Shown here: positions 44,014-53,563 of the stretch, one piece after another
Layout: every line of letters starts with the position of its first letter
Position numbering within the stretch: the stretch's first letter is position 1
Assembly (NCBI GenBank): GCA_021735655.1
Contig: JAIPGM010000004.1
Location: 1-64,000 of the forward strand
Direction of reading: 5' to 3'
Source: Candidatus Omnitrophota bacterium
Lineage (GTDB): Bacteria > Omnitrophota > Gorgyraeia > Duberdicusellales > 4484-171
Length of the DNA stretch: 64,000 bases
The notes under the pieces: model-generated
Databases searched by the model: none
Told to the model about the DNA's origin: nothing
Seen by the model: the letters and a program-made list of their open reading frames with translations, nothing else
Translations under genes and position numbers: made by a program

Positions 44014-45290
44014 TAGCTAACCTCTTTTTTTACAAAACAACTTAAAGTCTTTTTAACCGAAATTATTGATTTAGCAATATCAGCTGAACTATGGGCAAAA
44101 GATAAAAAATTTGCCTCATATTCCGAAGGGGCAAAGTAAACCCCTTGCTCCAAAGCAGACCGATAAAATAAACTAAACAAAGCCCTGTCGGAAAACTTAA
44201 AGCTAAACATTGATCGATATCTACTTATCTTTAAATCTATACCATTAGCAACAGCATATTTACTTATCGAATCACAAAACTGCTTAGCGAACTGGTTAAT
44301 TATTTCGTAATTTTTAGCTTCCTGGTTCAAAATTCTCAAGGTTGCAATGCCGGCTTGCATAACAATTGGATTACCGGAAAAAGTTGACGCCTGATAGACC
44401 TCTCCCTGAGGAGCTAAACAATTCATAATCTTAGAGCTGCCACCGTAGGCACCAATCGGTAAACCACCACCAATAATCTTTCCTAAACAGATTAAATCAG
44501 CATTTATGCCAACAGTTTGTAAAAAAGAACCAAAGTTAAACCTAAAACCGGTAATCACCTCATCGGCGACAAGCAAACTATCATGCTTTTCAGTAATCAA
44601 CCGCAAAGCTTTCAAAAATTCTATATCCGGAAGGGTTACTCCGTAATTTCCACCGACTGGTTCAACCAAAACTGCAGCGATTGACTTACCGTACTGCTTA
44701 AAAATGCTATTCAAGGCTTCGGTATCACCATAATCAACAATTAAAGTATGTTTTATAAACTCAAGCGGTACACCTTTGCTTAAAGGAATCTGTCCGGTTG
44801 CCAAGCCCGAACCAGCTTCAGCCAATAAATAATCGGCATGGCCATGATAAGAGTTTTTGAACTTAACTATTTTATCTCTTTGAGTGTAGCCACGAGCTAG
44901 ACGAACCGCACTCATTAAGCTTTCAGTCCCTGAATTAACAAAACGGATCTTTTCGATAGCCGGGATTGCTGCGTTAATGGTTCGGGCAAGCTCAACTTCA
45001 CTTTGATGAGTTGCGCCAAAACCAAACCCTTTAGTTAATTGATTTCTAACTGCTTCAACCACTTCTGGACGAGCCTGACCCAAAATCATTGCACCAAAAG
45101 ATGAACAATAGTCAATAAACTCTCTACCTTCATAGTCGTATATCTTTGAACCATGGCCTTGCTTTAATAATACCGGTTCACCGCCGACATAGGAAAAACT
45201 CCGTACCGGACTATTCACTCCGCCAACTAAAAACTGTTTGGCTTCTTTAAACAACTGACTGTTCTCTGAGTAATATTCTTTCTTGTTCAT
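44013..45290 (-). CDS. hemL: glutamate-1-semialdehyde 2,1-aminomutase
   Basis: Class III aminotransferase with PLP lysine LGKIIGGG. The ORF track start at 45323 probably overextends; the likely start is MNKKEYY at 45290. Confidence 0.9.
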   Translation of the reverse strand: MNKKEYYSENSQLFKEAKQFLVGGVNSPVRSFSYVGGEPVLLKQGHGSKIYDYEGREFIDYCSSFGAMILGQARPEVVEAVRNQLTKGFGFGATHQSEVELARTINAAIPAIEKIRFVNSGTESLMSAVRLARGYTQRDKIVKFKNSYHGHADYLLAEAGSGLATGQIPLSKGVPLEFIKHTLIVDYGDTEALNSIFKQYGKSIAAVLVEPVGGNYGVTLPDIEFLKALRLITEKHDSLLVADEVITGFRFNFGSFLQTVGINADLICLGKIIGGGLPIGAYGGSSKIMNCLAPQGEVYQASTFSGNPIVMQAGIATLRILNQEAKNYEIINQFAKQFCDSISKYAVANGIDLKISRYRSMFSFKFSDRALFSLFYRSALEQGVYFAPSEYEANFLSFAHSSADIAKSIISVKKTLSCFVKKEVS

Positions 45291-46221
45291 ATTTTTTTTG
45301 CCAATAAGCAATATCAGCTGCATGGTAACTGATTATATAGTCTGCTCCCGCACGCTGGATTGCTCCAATAAGTTCGAACACAAAGTCTTCCTCCGACCAA
45401 AAACCCTGTTGGGCGCCAAGCTTAGCCAAGGCATATTCACCACTTACATTGTAAACAGCTAAAGGAAAATTAAATTGCCTTTTAGCCTGAACAATTATAT
45501 CCAGATAAGCTAAAGCCGGCTTAACCATTACAATGCCTGCTCCTTCTTTGATATCTTGTCTTATCTTCTCTAGGGCAGTTTCTCGATCATGATAATCAAG
45601 TTGATAGGCTCGACGATCTCCAAAACGCGGAGCTGAATCAGCGATTTCACGAAAAGGACCATAAAATTGAGAAGCAAACTTTGCTGAATAAGCCATAATT
45701 TTAACCTGATTATAACCATTTTGATCAAGCTTATTGCGAATTGCCCGAACTTGATTCTCGGCCATTGCTGAAGGACAAACAAAATCAGCGCCAGCTTTTG
45801 CATGTAAAAGTGCCATTGCCGCAAGAGCTTTAAGAGTTAGGGTATTATCAATGGCGACTTGACCCTCCAGAACTATTCCACAATGACCATGTGAACTATA
45901 AGCACACAAGCAAATATCAGTAAAAATAGTAAAACTAGGATAACGAGACTTAATAAAACTTATAGCCTCGCAAAGAAAATAATTACTCTCCCAAGCTGAT
46001 TTTCCTCGCCAACTTTTTTGAACTGGCAGACCAAAAAGTAAAATATTCCTAATCCCAAGATGATCAAGATTAACCAGCTCATCCTTTAAGGCTTCTAAAG
46101 AATATTTAAAAACTCCTGACATTGACTTAACCTCATCGGCCGGACCTTCCTTTTCTTTTACAAACAAAGGATAGATCAACTTTGAAAGCGATAAATTAAA
46201 CTTATTACTTTCTTTTATCAT
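45247..46221 (-). CDS. hemB: porphobilinogen synthase (ALA dehydratase)
   Basis: Active-site Lys region VMVKPAL. C-terminal YHAADIAYW. Length 324 aa. Confidence 0.9.
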   Translation of the reverse strand: MIKESNKFNLSLSKLIYPLFVKEKEGPADEVKSMSGVFKYSLEALKDELVNLDHLGIRNILLFGLPVQKSWRGKSAWESNYFLCEAISFIKSRYPSFTIFTDICLCAYSSHGHCGIVLEGQVAIDNTLTLKALAAMALLHAKAGADFVCPSAMAENQVRAIRNKLDQNGYNQVKIMAYSAKFASQFYGPFREIADSAPRFGDRRAYQLDYHDRETALEKIRQDIKEGAGIVMVKPALAYLDIIVQAKRQFNFPLAVYNVSGEYALAKLGAQQGFWSEEDFVFELIGAIQRAGADYIISYHAADIAYWQKKYEQERILLREQSVV

Positions 46222-46954
46222 TTCTAAATTGCCTCACTCTCTCTCTAACTACTTCACCAACGATTAAAACCGCCGGTGGTTTAATTTTCGATTTTTTAGA
46301 TCTTTTTTCAATAGTTCCTATTGTTGCCTGTAAAATCCGCGACTTTTTTGTAGTTGCCCGTTCAATAAAAGCGCAAGGTACTGTATCTTTTCGACCGGAC
46401 TTGCGCAAAGCTTTAACTACATTTCCAATATTAGCTACGGCCATAAGATAAACTAAGGTTTCACAATCAGGGGCATCTATCAAAGCTTTTTTGTCTTTCT
46501 TTCTGCCAGTTAAAATGGCCACCGATGAAATTCGATTTTTTATTGTAAGCGGGATTTCAGCACTTAAAGGCCCTGCCAAAGCTGAAGTTATCCCGGGAAT
46601 AATTTCGTAGTTAACTTTTTTTAAATTAAGATACCTTGCTTCCTCAGCTCCCCGGCTAAAAATAAAAGGGTCCCCCCCTTTAAGCCGAACTACCGTTTTA
46701 AAAGCCAAGGACTTCTTGTATAAAAGCCGATTGATTTGGTTTTGCTCTTTTAAATGTAAACCGTCACTTTTACCAACACAAATCTTCTCACAAGACGGTT
46801 GAACTTCTCTTAATAATTCCGGAGCCGATAAAAAATCATAAAGAACACAATCGGCTGTACGAAGAGCCCTGACTCCCTTTAGGCTAATCAATTCAGGATC
46901 TCCTGGTCCAGCTCCAACTATATATACTTTTCCTTTATTATTGTTAATTGACAT
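46205..46954 (-). CDS. cobA: uroporphyrinogen-III C-methyltransferase (SUMT)
   Basis: VYIVGAGPGDPELISLKG N-terminal SAM motif of class III tetrapyrrole methylases. Length 249 aa. SUMT domain only, with no fused HemD. Confidence 0.85.
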   Translation of the reverse strand: MSINNNKGKVYIVGAGPGDPELISLKGVRALRTADCVLYDFLSAPELLREVQPSCEKICVGKSDGLHLKEQNQINRLLYKKSLAFKTVVRLKGGDPFIFSRGAEEARYLNLKKVNYEIIPGITSALAGPLSAEIPLTIKNRISSVAILTGRKKDKKALIDAPDCETLVYLMAVANIGNVVKALRKSGRKDTVPCAFIERATTKKSRILQATIGTIEKRSKKSKIKPPAVLIVGEVVRERVRQFRNDKRK

Positions 46955-47600
46955 TTAGCCTCCGAATGATTTCCAATAAATCATCCCTTTTTCTAAATAG
47001 CTGAATTGCCAAACGGCCCTGTAAATGGTGTGGTTCAATAATACTAAAAGGAATAATTTGTGAAATGCGTTTTTCTAATCCCAAACGGATTAGAGCTGCC
47101 TTAGCCATAACAACTGCGTCATATTTTCCGCAATCAACTTGGGCCAAGCGTTCTTCAATGTCACCACGAATATCCAAAGCAACTAAATCCTCTCGATAAT
47201 TTAAAATTGCTTGTTTGCGATTTTTGCTACTGGTACCTATTCGAGATCCCTTGGGCAGCGTATCTAAGGTAAAGTTGCCACGAACGACCAAACAATCGGC
47301 CCGGCTTATAGATTTGGTTAGCGCCGCCACTATCAAACTTTTAGGGATTTCATCTTCTAGATCCTTTGCACTATGCACAGCAAGATCTATTTCACCACTC
47401 AATAAAGCTGCTTCAATTTCATAGGTAAAAAAATCACTCCCTTCCTTAAAAGCCAAAGGTGTCTTTTTATCTTTATCCCCTTTAGTCTTAATTACAACAA
47501 CCTCAAAGTTAAAAAACGGCAAAAGCTGTTTAACTTCCTCAACCTGTTTAAGCGCTAACGAACTCGGCCGAGTTCCTATTTTGATATAGCGAATCATCAA
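46944..47600 (-). CDS. hemC: hydroxymethylbilane synthase, truncated (domains 1-2 only, lacks cofactor-binding domain 3)
   Basis: Aligns to E. coli HemC residues about 1-238 (IGTRPSSLALKQ, IGTSSKNRKQA, YDAVVMAKAALIRLGLE). Stops 11 nt into cobA. No region equivalent to Cys242/domain 3. Confidence 0.7.
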   Translation of the reverse strand: MMIRYIKIGTRPSSLALKQVEEVKQLLPFFNFEVVVIKTKGDKDKKTPLAFKEGSDFFTYEIEAALLSGEIDLAVHSAKDLEDEIPKSLIVAALTKSISRADCLVVRGNFTLDTLPKGSRIGTSSKNRKQAILNYREDLVALDIRGDIEERLAQVDCGKYDAVVMAKAALIRLGLEKRISQIIPFSIIEPHHLQGRLAIQLFRKRDDLLEIIRRLNVN

Positions 47601-48561
47601 TCTGCCTCCTAATAGCTAACACCTGTTCTTCTATGGCCGCTTCAGCTAATTTTACATAGCTGCTCATAGATTGATTATGTCTTTTGCAAAGATCACTTAA
47701 CGAATCAAGGTTTTTTAAAAAAACGCCTGGAATTTTTGTCAACTCAAAATCTATATCTCGCGGTAAAGCTAAATCATAAACATAAAGTGGCTTTTTACGC
47801 AACCGAATAACCTTGACTAATAACTTGCTACTCAGCACCTGGTGAGGGCTTGAAGTTGCACTCACTAAACAATCTGCCCCTAAAAGCTCTTCTGATAAAT
47901 TATCTAGTAGAAAAACTTTGGCAGAATTTTTCCTAGCTAGACTTTGAGCCTTTTTTATCTTCTTTTTAGCGAAAAAATATAGTTCGAGATCAGTAAATTT
48001 ACTTTCTGAAAACATCTTAGCTATTTTTCCAGTACCGACAATAAGCACTTTTTTCTTACTAGCTAATCCGGTATTAAAAATAAGATCTTCTAAAACAATC
48101 TCGGAAATATTGTTTTCGTTACCGAATAAATCTAGCTGTTGACGTAAATCGTAGCTCGAAGTTAAAACTCCTCGCCAAAGATTCTTAATTGGCCAAGAAA
48201 AACTATCCCTCCTAACCCAAGAATCTAATTGCTCAAGAATTTGCCTTTCTCCGACAATTTGTGACTCAAGACCGCAAGCCAACCTCAAAGCTTTACGGAT
48301 AACACCCTGTGTATCCTGTATAAAGTGGGCTTTTTCAAAAATCGGATGGAACTGGCTCTTAAAATTTGCAATATCTTTTATTAATAGCTCTGTGTTTTCA
48401 GCAAGACCATAAATTTCTACTCGATTGCAAGTAAATAGCACCTCGGATTCAAAAACTGATTCTTTCCAGAACCGTACAATCTGATCACGCCGCAGGCAAG
48501 CATGTTCCCTTAGCGATAAAGGTGTATTCTTATAGTCTATTGCGATAGAGTAAAAATTCAT
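47548..48561 (-). CDS. hemA: glutamyl-tRNA reductase (short form)
   Basis: N-terminal catalytic domain with the Cys-containing motif (EVLFTCNRVEIY) and an NADPH-binding GxGxxA/G (IVGTGKIAKM). Only 337 aa, so probably lacks most of the C-terminal dimerisation helix. Confidence 0.8.
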   Translation of the reverse strand: MNFYSIAIDYKNTPLSLREHACLRRDQIVRFWKESVFESEVLFTCNRVEIYGLAENTELLIKDIANFKSQFHPIFEKAHFIQDTQGVIRKALRLACGLESQIVGERQILEQLDSWVRRDSFSWPIKNLWRGVLTSSYDLRQQLDLFGNENNISEIVLEDLIFNTGLASKKKVLIVGTGKIAKMFSESKFTDLELYFFAKKKIKKAQSLARKNSAKVFLLDNLSEELLGADCLVSATSSPHQVLSSKLLVKVIRLRKKPLYVYDLALPRDIDFELTKIPGVFLKNLDSLSDLCKRHNQSMSSYVKLAEAAIEEQVLAIRRQIDDSLYQNRNSAEFVSA

Positions 48562-49003
48562 CCCACTTCTCCTTGAGATAATTTTTTAAATCTCGGGATA
48601 AAACCGGATCCTTGCCATCAGTATACACTGCGATTAAAGCTTTTTCCGTTCGCAGAACAGCTGGTGAAATAAAATCACTCAAAAGAGGTTTGTCTACAAC
48701 ATTAACTGAAATGCCCTTGACTTTAGCCCAATTGCTCACCTGTTCATTTAGGAAAGAATCATCGGTTGCCGAGATAACTAAAGTTGCTCCGAAGATGTCT
48801 GATTCTTTAGCTTTGCGCTCCAACCATTCAATAGCCCCCTGCTTGGCTAACTCTCTTAACTCTACTGTGACTTTAGGCGCAATCAGAGTAATTCTGGCTT
48901 CAGCCAAAAGCAAAGCCTCAATTTTACGCTGGCCTACTTTACCACCGCCAACCACGATGGCTTTCTTGTTTTTAATTTTAAGCGCAACTGGTAAATAATT
49001 CAT
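48530..49003 (-). CDS. sirC: precorrin-2 dehydrogenase / sirohydrochlorin ferrochelatase (siroheme synthase N-terminal domain, SirC/Met8-like)
   Basis: Rossmann motif KKAIVVGGGKVGQRK. Length 157 aa. Confidence 0.65.
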   Translation of the reverse strand: MNYLPVALKIKNKKAIVVGGGKVGQRKIEALLLAEARITLIAPKVTVELRELAKQGAIEWLERKAKESDIFGATLVISATDDSFLNEQVSNWAKVKGISVNVVDKPLLSDFISPAVLRTEKALIAVYTDGKDPVLSRDLKNYLKEKWDEFLLYRNRL

Positions 49004-49015
49004 AAACTCTTTAAC

Positions 49016-49741
49016 TTATATCCCATCTCCGTCTAAATTAGACTTTAACGGCCGAGTGTGGATTCCACACTCACCACCGCATTTGCTAGTTCCAATCCAA
49101 CGTCCGGCCCGCTCATTGTCGTCATTAGTGATTCTGGTGCAAGGAGAGCAACCTAAAGAACGATAACCCTCCTTATAAAGAGGGTTCACCTTAACTTCAT
49201 ATAAGGCTAAATACTGCCAAACTTCTCTTTCTTTCCAAATGAGAATCGGATTAAGTTTTATCAATCCTTTATCGCGTTCCTCAACTTCCTTGTAATCGGT
49301 CCGGGTTCGACCCTCAGTACAACGCAATCCAGTAACCCAACAGGTAACTTTCATCTCATCCACCGCTCTCTTCACCGGCTCAACCTTTAAAACCTCACAA
49401 CATTGATCAGGATCAACATTGTATAATTCGGGCGATATCTCTGAATCATTCTTATATACTGCCAATTCCGGATAACGGACAACTTCTTGATTCATAAACT
49501 CAACTGTTTCTTTGGGCTTGAACCGAGTGGTTACAATAAACCCTTTTATTTTTGGGTCAACCTTCTTTGCCAAATCCCAAACCACAACTGAATCCTTACC
49601 TAAACTGTTAGCAACAACCAGGCCATCACCATATTTATCATATGCTTCTCTTATAAGTTGTAAGGATCGATCCACCTTTTGCTTAAAATTTAAAGTTTCA
49701 ACCAATACTTTCAAATCGTCTTGTGTGCCTAACAAACTCAT
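49016..49741 (-). CDS. cysH: adenylylsulfate (APS) reductase, thioredoxin-dependent, Fe-S type (CysH family)
   Basis: PP-loop-like SLGKDSVV. C-terminal ECGIH catalytic motif. CC...CxxC cysteines (DQCCEV; GCSPC) typical of 4Fe-4S APS reductases. Length 241 aa. Confidence 0.8.
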   Translation of the reverse strand: MSLLGTQDDLKVLVETLNFKQKVDRSLQLIREAYDKYGDGLVVANSLGKDSVVVWDLAKKVDPKIKGFIVTTRFKPKETVEFMNQEVVRYPELAVYKNDSEISPELYNVDPDQCCEVLKVEPVKRAVDEMKVTCWVTGLRCTEGRTRTDYKEVEERDKGLIKLNPILIWKEREVWQYLALYEVKVNPLYKEGYRSLGCSPCTRITNDDNERAGRWIGTSKCGGECGIHTRPLKSNLDGDGI

Positions 49742-49788
49742 TTTTCCCCTCCTTCAATGATACTAACCCTTAAAATGAGTTAGTTAAA

Positions 49789-50010
49789 TTAGATTTGATA
49801 CTCTATTTCCTTAATTCTTCCGAATTTTACCTTATTCCAAATTCGTTCATGTATATAGTAAAGGAATATCTTTACTGTATTTGCGGCAATGCCCACTACC
49901 AATGACTCTTTAACGTCTTTGGTATAAATATAGATAGCAATTATCGTAGTCAAAAAAGCAATTACCCGCCAAGTTAAAGATTTGACTAAAGATCGTTTTG
50001 GATGTTCCAT
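49789..50010 (-). CDS. small membrane protein (DUF2061-like)
   Basis: 73 aa with two TM helices and an LTWR motif. Confidence 0.35.
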   Translation of the reverse strand: MEHPKRSLVKSLTWRVIAFLTTIIAIYIYTKDVKESLVVGIAANTVKIFLYYIHERIWNKVKFGRIKEIEYQI

Positions 50011-50270
50011 TTACTCACTAAATAGTATAAAAATGTATTTTATACACTACCTATTCTATCAAAATACTAGCTAATACTTTCAAAAAATATAGGCGCACAA
50101 ACGCCTTTTTTAATCACTATCAATGCAATCTCTTTGATAGAGATTAAAATATACCATATTATTAAGAATTGTCAAGGATAAATTTTAAGTTTTTTAAACC
50201 TTGTTTCTAGTTGCTAAGTAGCCCAAATATGGTATTATTAAGGATAATAATCAAAATTAACCCCTGGGGA

Positions 50271-50924
50271 ATGAAGAGCATTAGCAATTACAACTTATAT
50301 TTAGTTACTGGTGAGCAACGCTCAGCTACAAAAAAAACCCTAGAAGTAGTGAGGTTAGCCATTAACGGCGGGGCAAATATTATCCAGCTACGTGATAAAA
50401 ATATGGCCCGGTCTGAGCTAGTCAGCTTAGGAAAAAAACTCTCGACATTAGCTAAGAGTAAGAATATAGTATTTATTGTTAACGACGACCCGGATTTAGC
50501 CGCTGAGCTAGATGCTGACGGAGTGCACCTAGGACAAACTGACATAGAAAAATACTCGGTAGAAAAAACAAGAAAACTAATCGGTAGGAATAAAATTATT
50601 GGCCTATCAACCCATTCCCTAGAACAAATAGAACAAGCTAATAAGCTTGATATTAATTACATTGCCTTTGGACCATTATTTGAAACTAAAACTAAAAACT
50701 ACTCAATTGGAACTAGAGATTTAACTAAAGCTTTATCGTTATCAAAATTTCCTTTAGTTTGTATTGGTGGTATAAACTCAAATAATATCGAAGAAGTTTT
50801 AAAGCTGGGCGCAACTAATATTGCTATGATTCGAGAAATTACTGAAAGTCAAGATATAGAAAAAAAAGTGAAACAGCTAAAAAGCCTGATAACCAAATAT
50901 AAAAAAAATGCAGATAACAATTAA
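50271..50924 (+). CDS. thiE: thiamine-phosphate synthase
   Basis: LYLVTG...IIQLRDK motif. The ORF track starts at 50211, but the likely start is MKSISNY at 50271. First gene of thiESGHF. Confidence 0.8.
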   Translation: MKSISNYNLYLVTGEQRSATKKTLEVVRLAINGGANIIQLRDKNMARSELVSLGKKLSTLAKSKNIVFIVNDDPDLAAELDADGVHLGQTDIEKYSVEKTRKLIGRNKIIGLSTHSLEQIEQANKLDINYIAFGPLFETKTKNYSIGTRDLTKALSLSKFPLVCIGGINSNNIEEVLKLGATNIAMIREITESQDIEKKVKQLKSLITKYKKNADNN

Positions 50925-51108
50925 CGGGAAAAAAGAAATTATCGATAACCCTAAATCTCTCCTTGAGCTTATCGGTGAAAAAAAACTAAATAAAGAAAAA
51001 ATGGTAGTTGAGTTAAATCTCAAGATTATTCCCCGTGACAATCTTAAAAGTACTCAAATTCAAGAAGGAGATTCAATTGAATTTGTTAGCTTCGTAGGAG
51101 GAGGTTAA
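50908..51108 (+). CDS. thiS: sulfur carrier protein ThiS
   Basis: 66 aa beta-grasp protein ending in GG. Lies between thiE and thiG. Confidence 0.8.
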   Translation: MQITINGKKEIIDNPKSLLELIGEKKLNKEKMVVELNLKIIPRDNLKSTQIQEGDSIEFVSFVGGG

Positions 51109-51882
51109 ATGTCGGATTCATTAATAATCGCCGGACAAGAAATCAAAAACCGCCTTTTCGTGGGGACCGGTAAGTTTCCCAACAAACCAATCATAAAGGA
51201 AGTTTTAGAACAGGCTAAAACAGAAGTTGCAACCGTTGCTTTGCGCCGAATTGACCTAGAATCAAAAGAAGATAATATTCTTGATTACATTCCAACTAAC
51301 TGCACAGTTATGACTAACACCTCTGGTGCAAGAAACGCCCAGGAAGCAATCCGTATTGCTAGATTGAGTAAAGCTGCTGGCTGTGGAAATTGGATAAAAC
51401 TAGAGGTAATCGCCGACAATAAACACCTCCTGCCTGACAATCTAGAAACTTTAAAAGCTACTGAAGTTTTAGCCAAAGAAGGTTTTATAGTCCTGCCCTA
51501 TATGAGCCCTGATTTATCAGTAGCTAAAAAATTGATCGAGGTCGGAGCTGCTGCAGTTATGCCACTGGGCTCACCAATCGGCTCAAAACGCGGAGTAAAA
51601 ACTGCGGAATTAGTCAAAATTCTAATTAAAGAAATTGCTGAACCAATTATCGTTGACGCTGGAATTGGTTATCCATCAGAAGCAGCTTACTGTATGGAAC
51701 TAGGCTGTGCGGCGGTCTTAGTTAATACGGCCATAGCCACTGCCAAAGATCCGGTTAAAATGGCTGAAAGCTTCAACTTGGCAGTCCGTGCCGGCCGCCT
51801 GTCTTATCTTAACGCAACTAAAAGCTCTGGACAGGCATCAGCATCTTCTCCGCTTACCGGTTTCCTGCAAACAAGTGAATAG
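51109..51882 (+). CDS. thiG: thiazole synthase
   Basis: TIM-barrel of 257 aa. Conserved Lys Schiff-base region (NTSGARNA) and typical ThiG length. Confidence 0.9.
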   Translation: MSDSLIIAGQEIKNRLFVGTGKFPNKPIIKEVLEQAKTEVATVALRRIDLESKEDNILDYIPTNCTVMTNTSGARNAQEAIRIARLSKAAGCGNWIKLEVIADNKHLLPDNLETLKATEVLAKEGFIVLPYMSPDLSVAKKLIEVGAAAVMPLGSPIGSKRGVKTAELVKILIKEIAEPIIVDAGIGYPSEAAYCMELGCAAVLVNTAIATAKDPVKMAESFNLAVRAGRLSYLNATKSSGQASASSPLTGFLQTSE

Positions 51883-51884
51883 CT

Positions 51885-52955
51885 ATGAGTTTTTATAATA
51901 TTTATCACAAATACAAAAACTGCTCCTTTGAAGAACTACCCAACCAAGAGCTAACCAAGCTTCTTTCTCTTGAGGCTGAAAAATCTTTAGAAGCAATGGC
52001 TCAAAAAGCCAAAACTTTGACCTTGCAGAATTTCGGAAAAACAATTAGCCTCTATACCCCACTCTACCTATCAAACTATTGCGAGAATGAATGCCTTTAC
52101 TGCGGATTCAATGCAAACAATAAAATTCCAAGAAGGAAACTAAAAATTGATGAGCTAAAAAAAGAAGCTAAATTCATCGCTAAGACCGGCCTGCAACACA
52201 TACTAATTCTTACTGGCGAATCGAAAAAGCTAAGCCCACTCTCCTACATAAAAGAATCTGTAAAAATACTAAATAAATTATTTAGTTCAATATCAATTGA
52301 AATTTACCCCTTAAGTCAAACAGAATATAAAGAACTTATCGCCGCGGGTGTCGACGGTCTAACAATTTATCAAGAGGTATATTCTCAATCAGAATACAAA
52401 AAACTCCATCCGGCTGGTCCAAAACAAGATTATCAATTTAGACTCGATGCTCCAGAAAGGGCTGCCCGAGCCGGTATACGTACCATTAACATCGGAAGCC
52501 TGCTAGGGCTAGCTCCTTGGCGAAAAGAAGCTTTTTTCATGCTAAAGCATGCTGAATACCTGCAAAATAAATACCCAGAAATAGAAATGAGCATTTCCTT
52601 ACCGCGGCTAAGACCTCAATTTAATAACTTTCAAACTCCTTATGAGGTAAGTGATAAAAACATCGTCCAAATAATTACTGCCGCCAGGATATTTATGCCA
52701 CGCTTAGGAATTACCCTATCAACCCGGGAAAATTCTCAGCTTCGCAATAACCTAATTAAATTAGGCATAACTAAAATGAGCGCTGGTTCAACCACTGCTG
52801 TCGGCGGTCATACTTTGGAAAAAACTTACATTAAAAATTCACTCCAGTTTGAAATTTCTGACAAACGAGATGTTTCTCAAATCAAAATAATGTTGCTTAA
52901 AGAAGGATACCAACCAGTGCTAAAGGACTGGGTCGGAGCACTGCAAAATGAATAA
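51885..52955 (+). CDS. thiH: 2-iminoacetate synthase (tyrosine lyase, radical SAM)
   Basis: [10 protein letters not shown] CxxxCxxC motif. Length 356 aa. Sits in the thi operon. Confidence 0.85.
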   Translation: MSFYNIYHKYKNCSFEELPNQELTKLLSLEAEKSLEAMAQKAKTLTLQNFGKTISLYTPLYLSNYCENECLYCGFNANNKIPRRKLKIDELKKEAKFIAKTGLQHILILTGESKKLSPLSYIKESVKILNKLFSSISIEIYPLSQTEYKELIAAGVDGLTIYQEVYSQSEYKKLHPAGPKQDYQFRLDAPERAARAGIRTINIGSLLGLAPWRKEAFFMLKHAEYLQNKYPEIEMSISLPRLRPQFNNFQTPYEVSDKNIVQIITAARIFMPRLGITLSTRENSQLRNNLIKLGITKMSAGSTTAVGGHTLEKTYIKNSLQFEISDKRDVSQIKIMLLKEGYQPVLKDWVGALQNE

Positions 52956-53559
52956 CTTTGAAAAAGAAATCATTAAGTACTTTGGTAAAGATCAATTTAA
53001 AAAAATTCAATCAGTAACCATCGGCATTGCTGGGCTTGGTGGCCTTGGCTCAAACTGCAGCCATAATCTTATCCGCTGCGGTTTTAAAAAACTAATAATT
53101 GTTGATTTTGATAAGGTTGAGCTTTCAAATTTAAACCGCCAATTTTACTTCTTAAATCAAATAGGCAAGCGCAAAGTTGATGCCCTTAAAGAAAATCTGC
53201 TTAAAATTAACCCCGACATCAAAATCACGACTTATTGTGAAAAATTAGAAAAAAACAACCTAAAAAATATTTTTAAAGGTTGTTCTATTATCATTGAAGC
53301 TTTCGATAAAGCCGAATACAAAAGCTTAATCGTTGAAACTTTCCTCCCTACCGATAAGTTTATTGTTTCGGCCTCAGGCTTAGCCGGATATGGAAAAAGT
53401 GATGAAATAAAAATTCACCGCCTAAGAAAAAATCTGGCTATTGTTGGTGACCTTAAGTCCGAAGCCAGCCAAGACTTGCCACCGCTTTCTCCACGGGTAA
53501 ATATTGCGGCAGCTAAACAAGCTGATGTGGTATTAAACTATATATTAAAAAACATTTAA
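52948..53559 (+). CDS. thiF: ThiS adenylyltransferase (E1-like, ThiF/MoeB family)
   Basis: Gly-rich nucleotide loop GLGGLGS and the LSNLNRQ motif. Length 203 aa. Confidence 0.75.
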   Translation: MNNFEKEIIKYFGKDQFKKIQSVTIGIAGLGGLGSNCSHNLIRCGFKKLIIVDFDKVELSNLNRQFYFLNQIGKRKVDALKENLLKINPDIKITTYCEKLEKNNLKNIFKGCSIIIEAFDKAEYKSLIVETFLPTDKFIVSASGLAGYGKSDEIKIHRLRKNLAIVGDLKSEASQDLPPLSPRVNIAAAKQADVVLNYILKNI

Positions 53560-53563
53560 TATC

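Noticed and set aside
45570-45824. 84-aa minus-strand ORF inside hemB
   Set aside because: Out of frame within a well-supported hemB coding region. Spurious.
50011-50270. Looked for a TPP riboswitch (THI-box) in the about 260-nt leader upstream of thiE
   Set aside because: No CUGAGA / ACCUGAUC / GGGGUGC core elements are present on the plus strand. The only hairpin, AGGCG-cacaaa-CGCCT plus T6 at about 50090-50115, looks like a weak terminator or attenuator rather than an aptamer. A covariance-model scan would be needed to be definitive.
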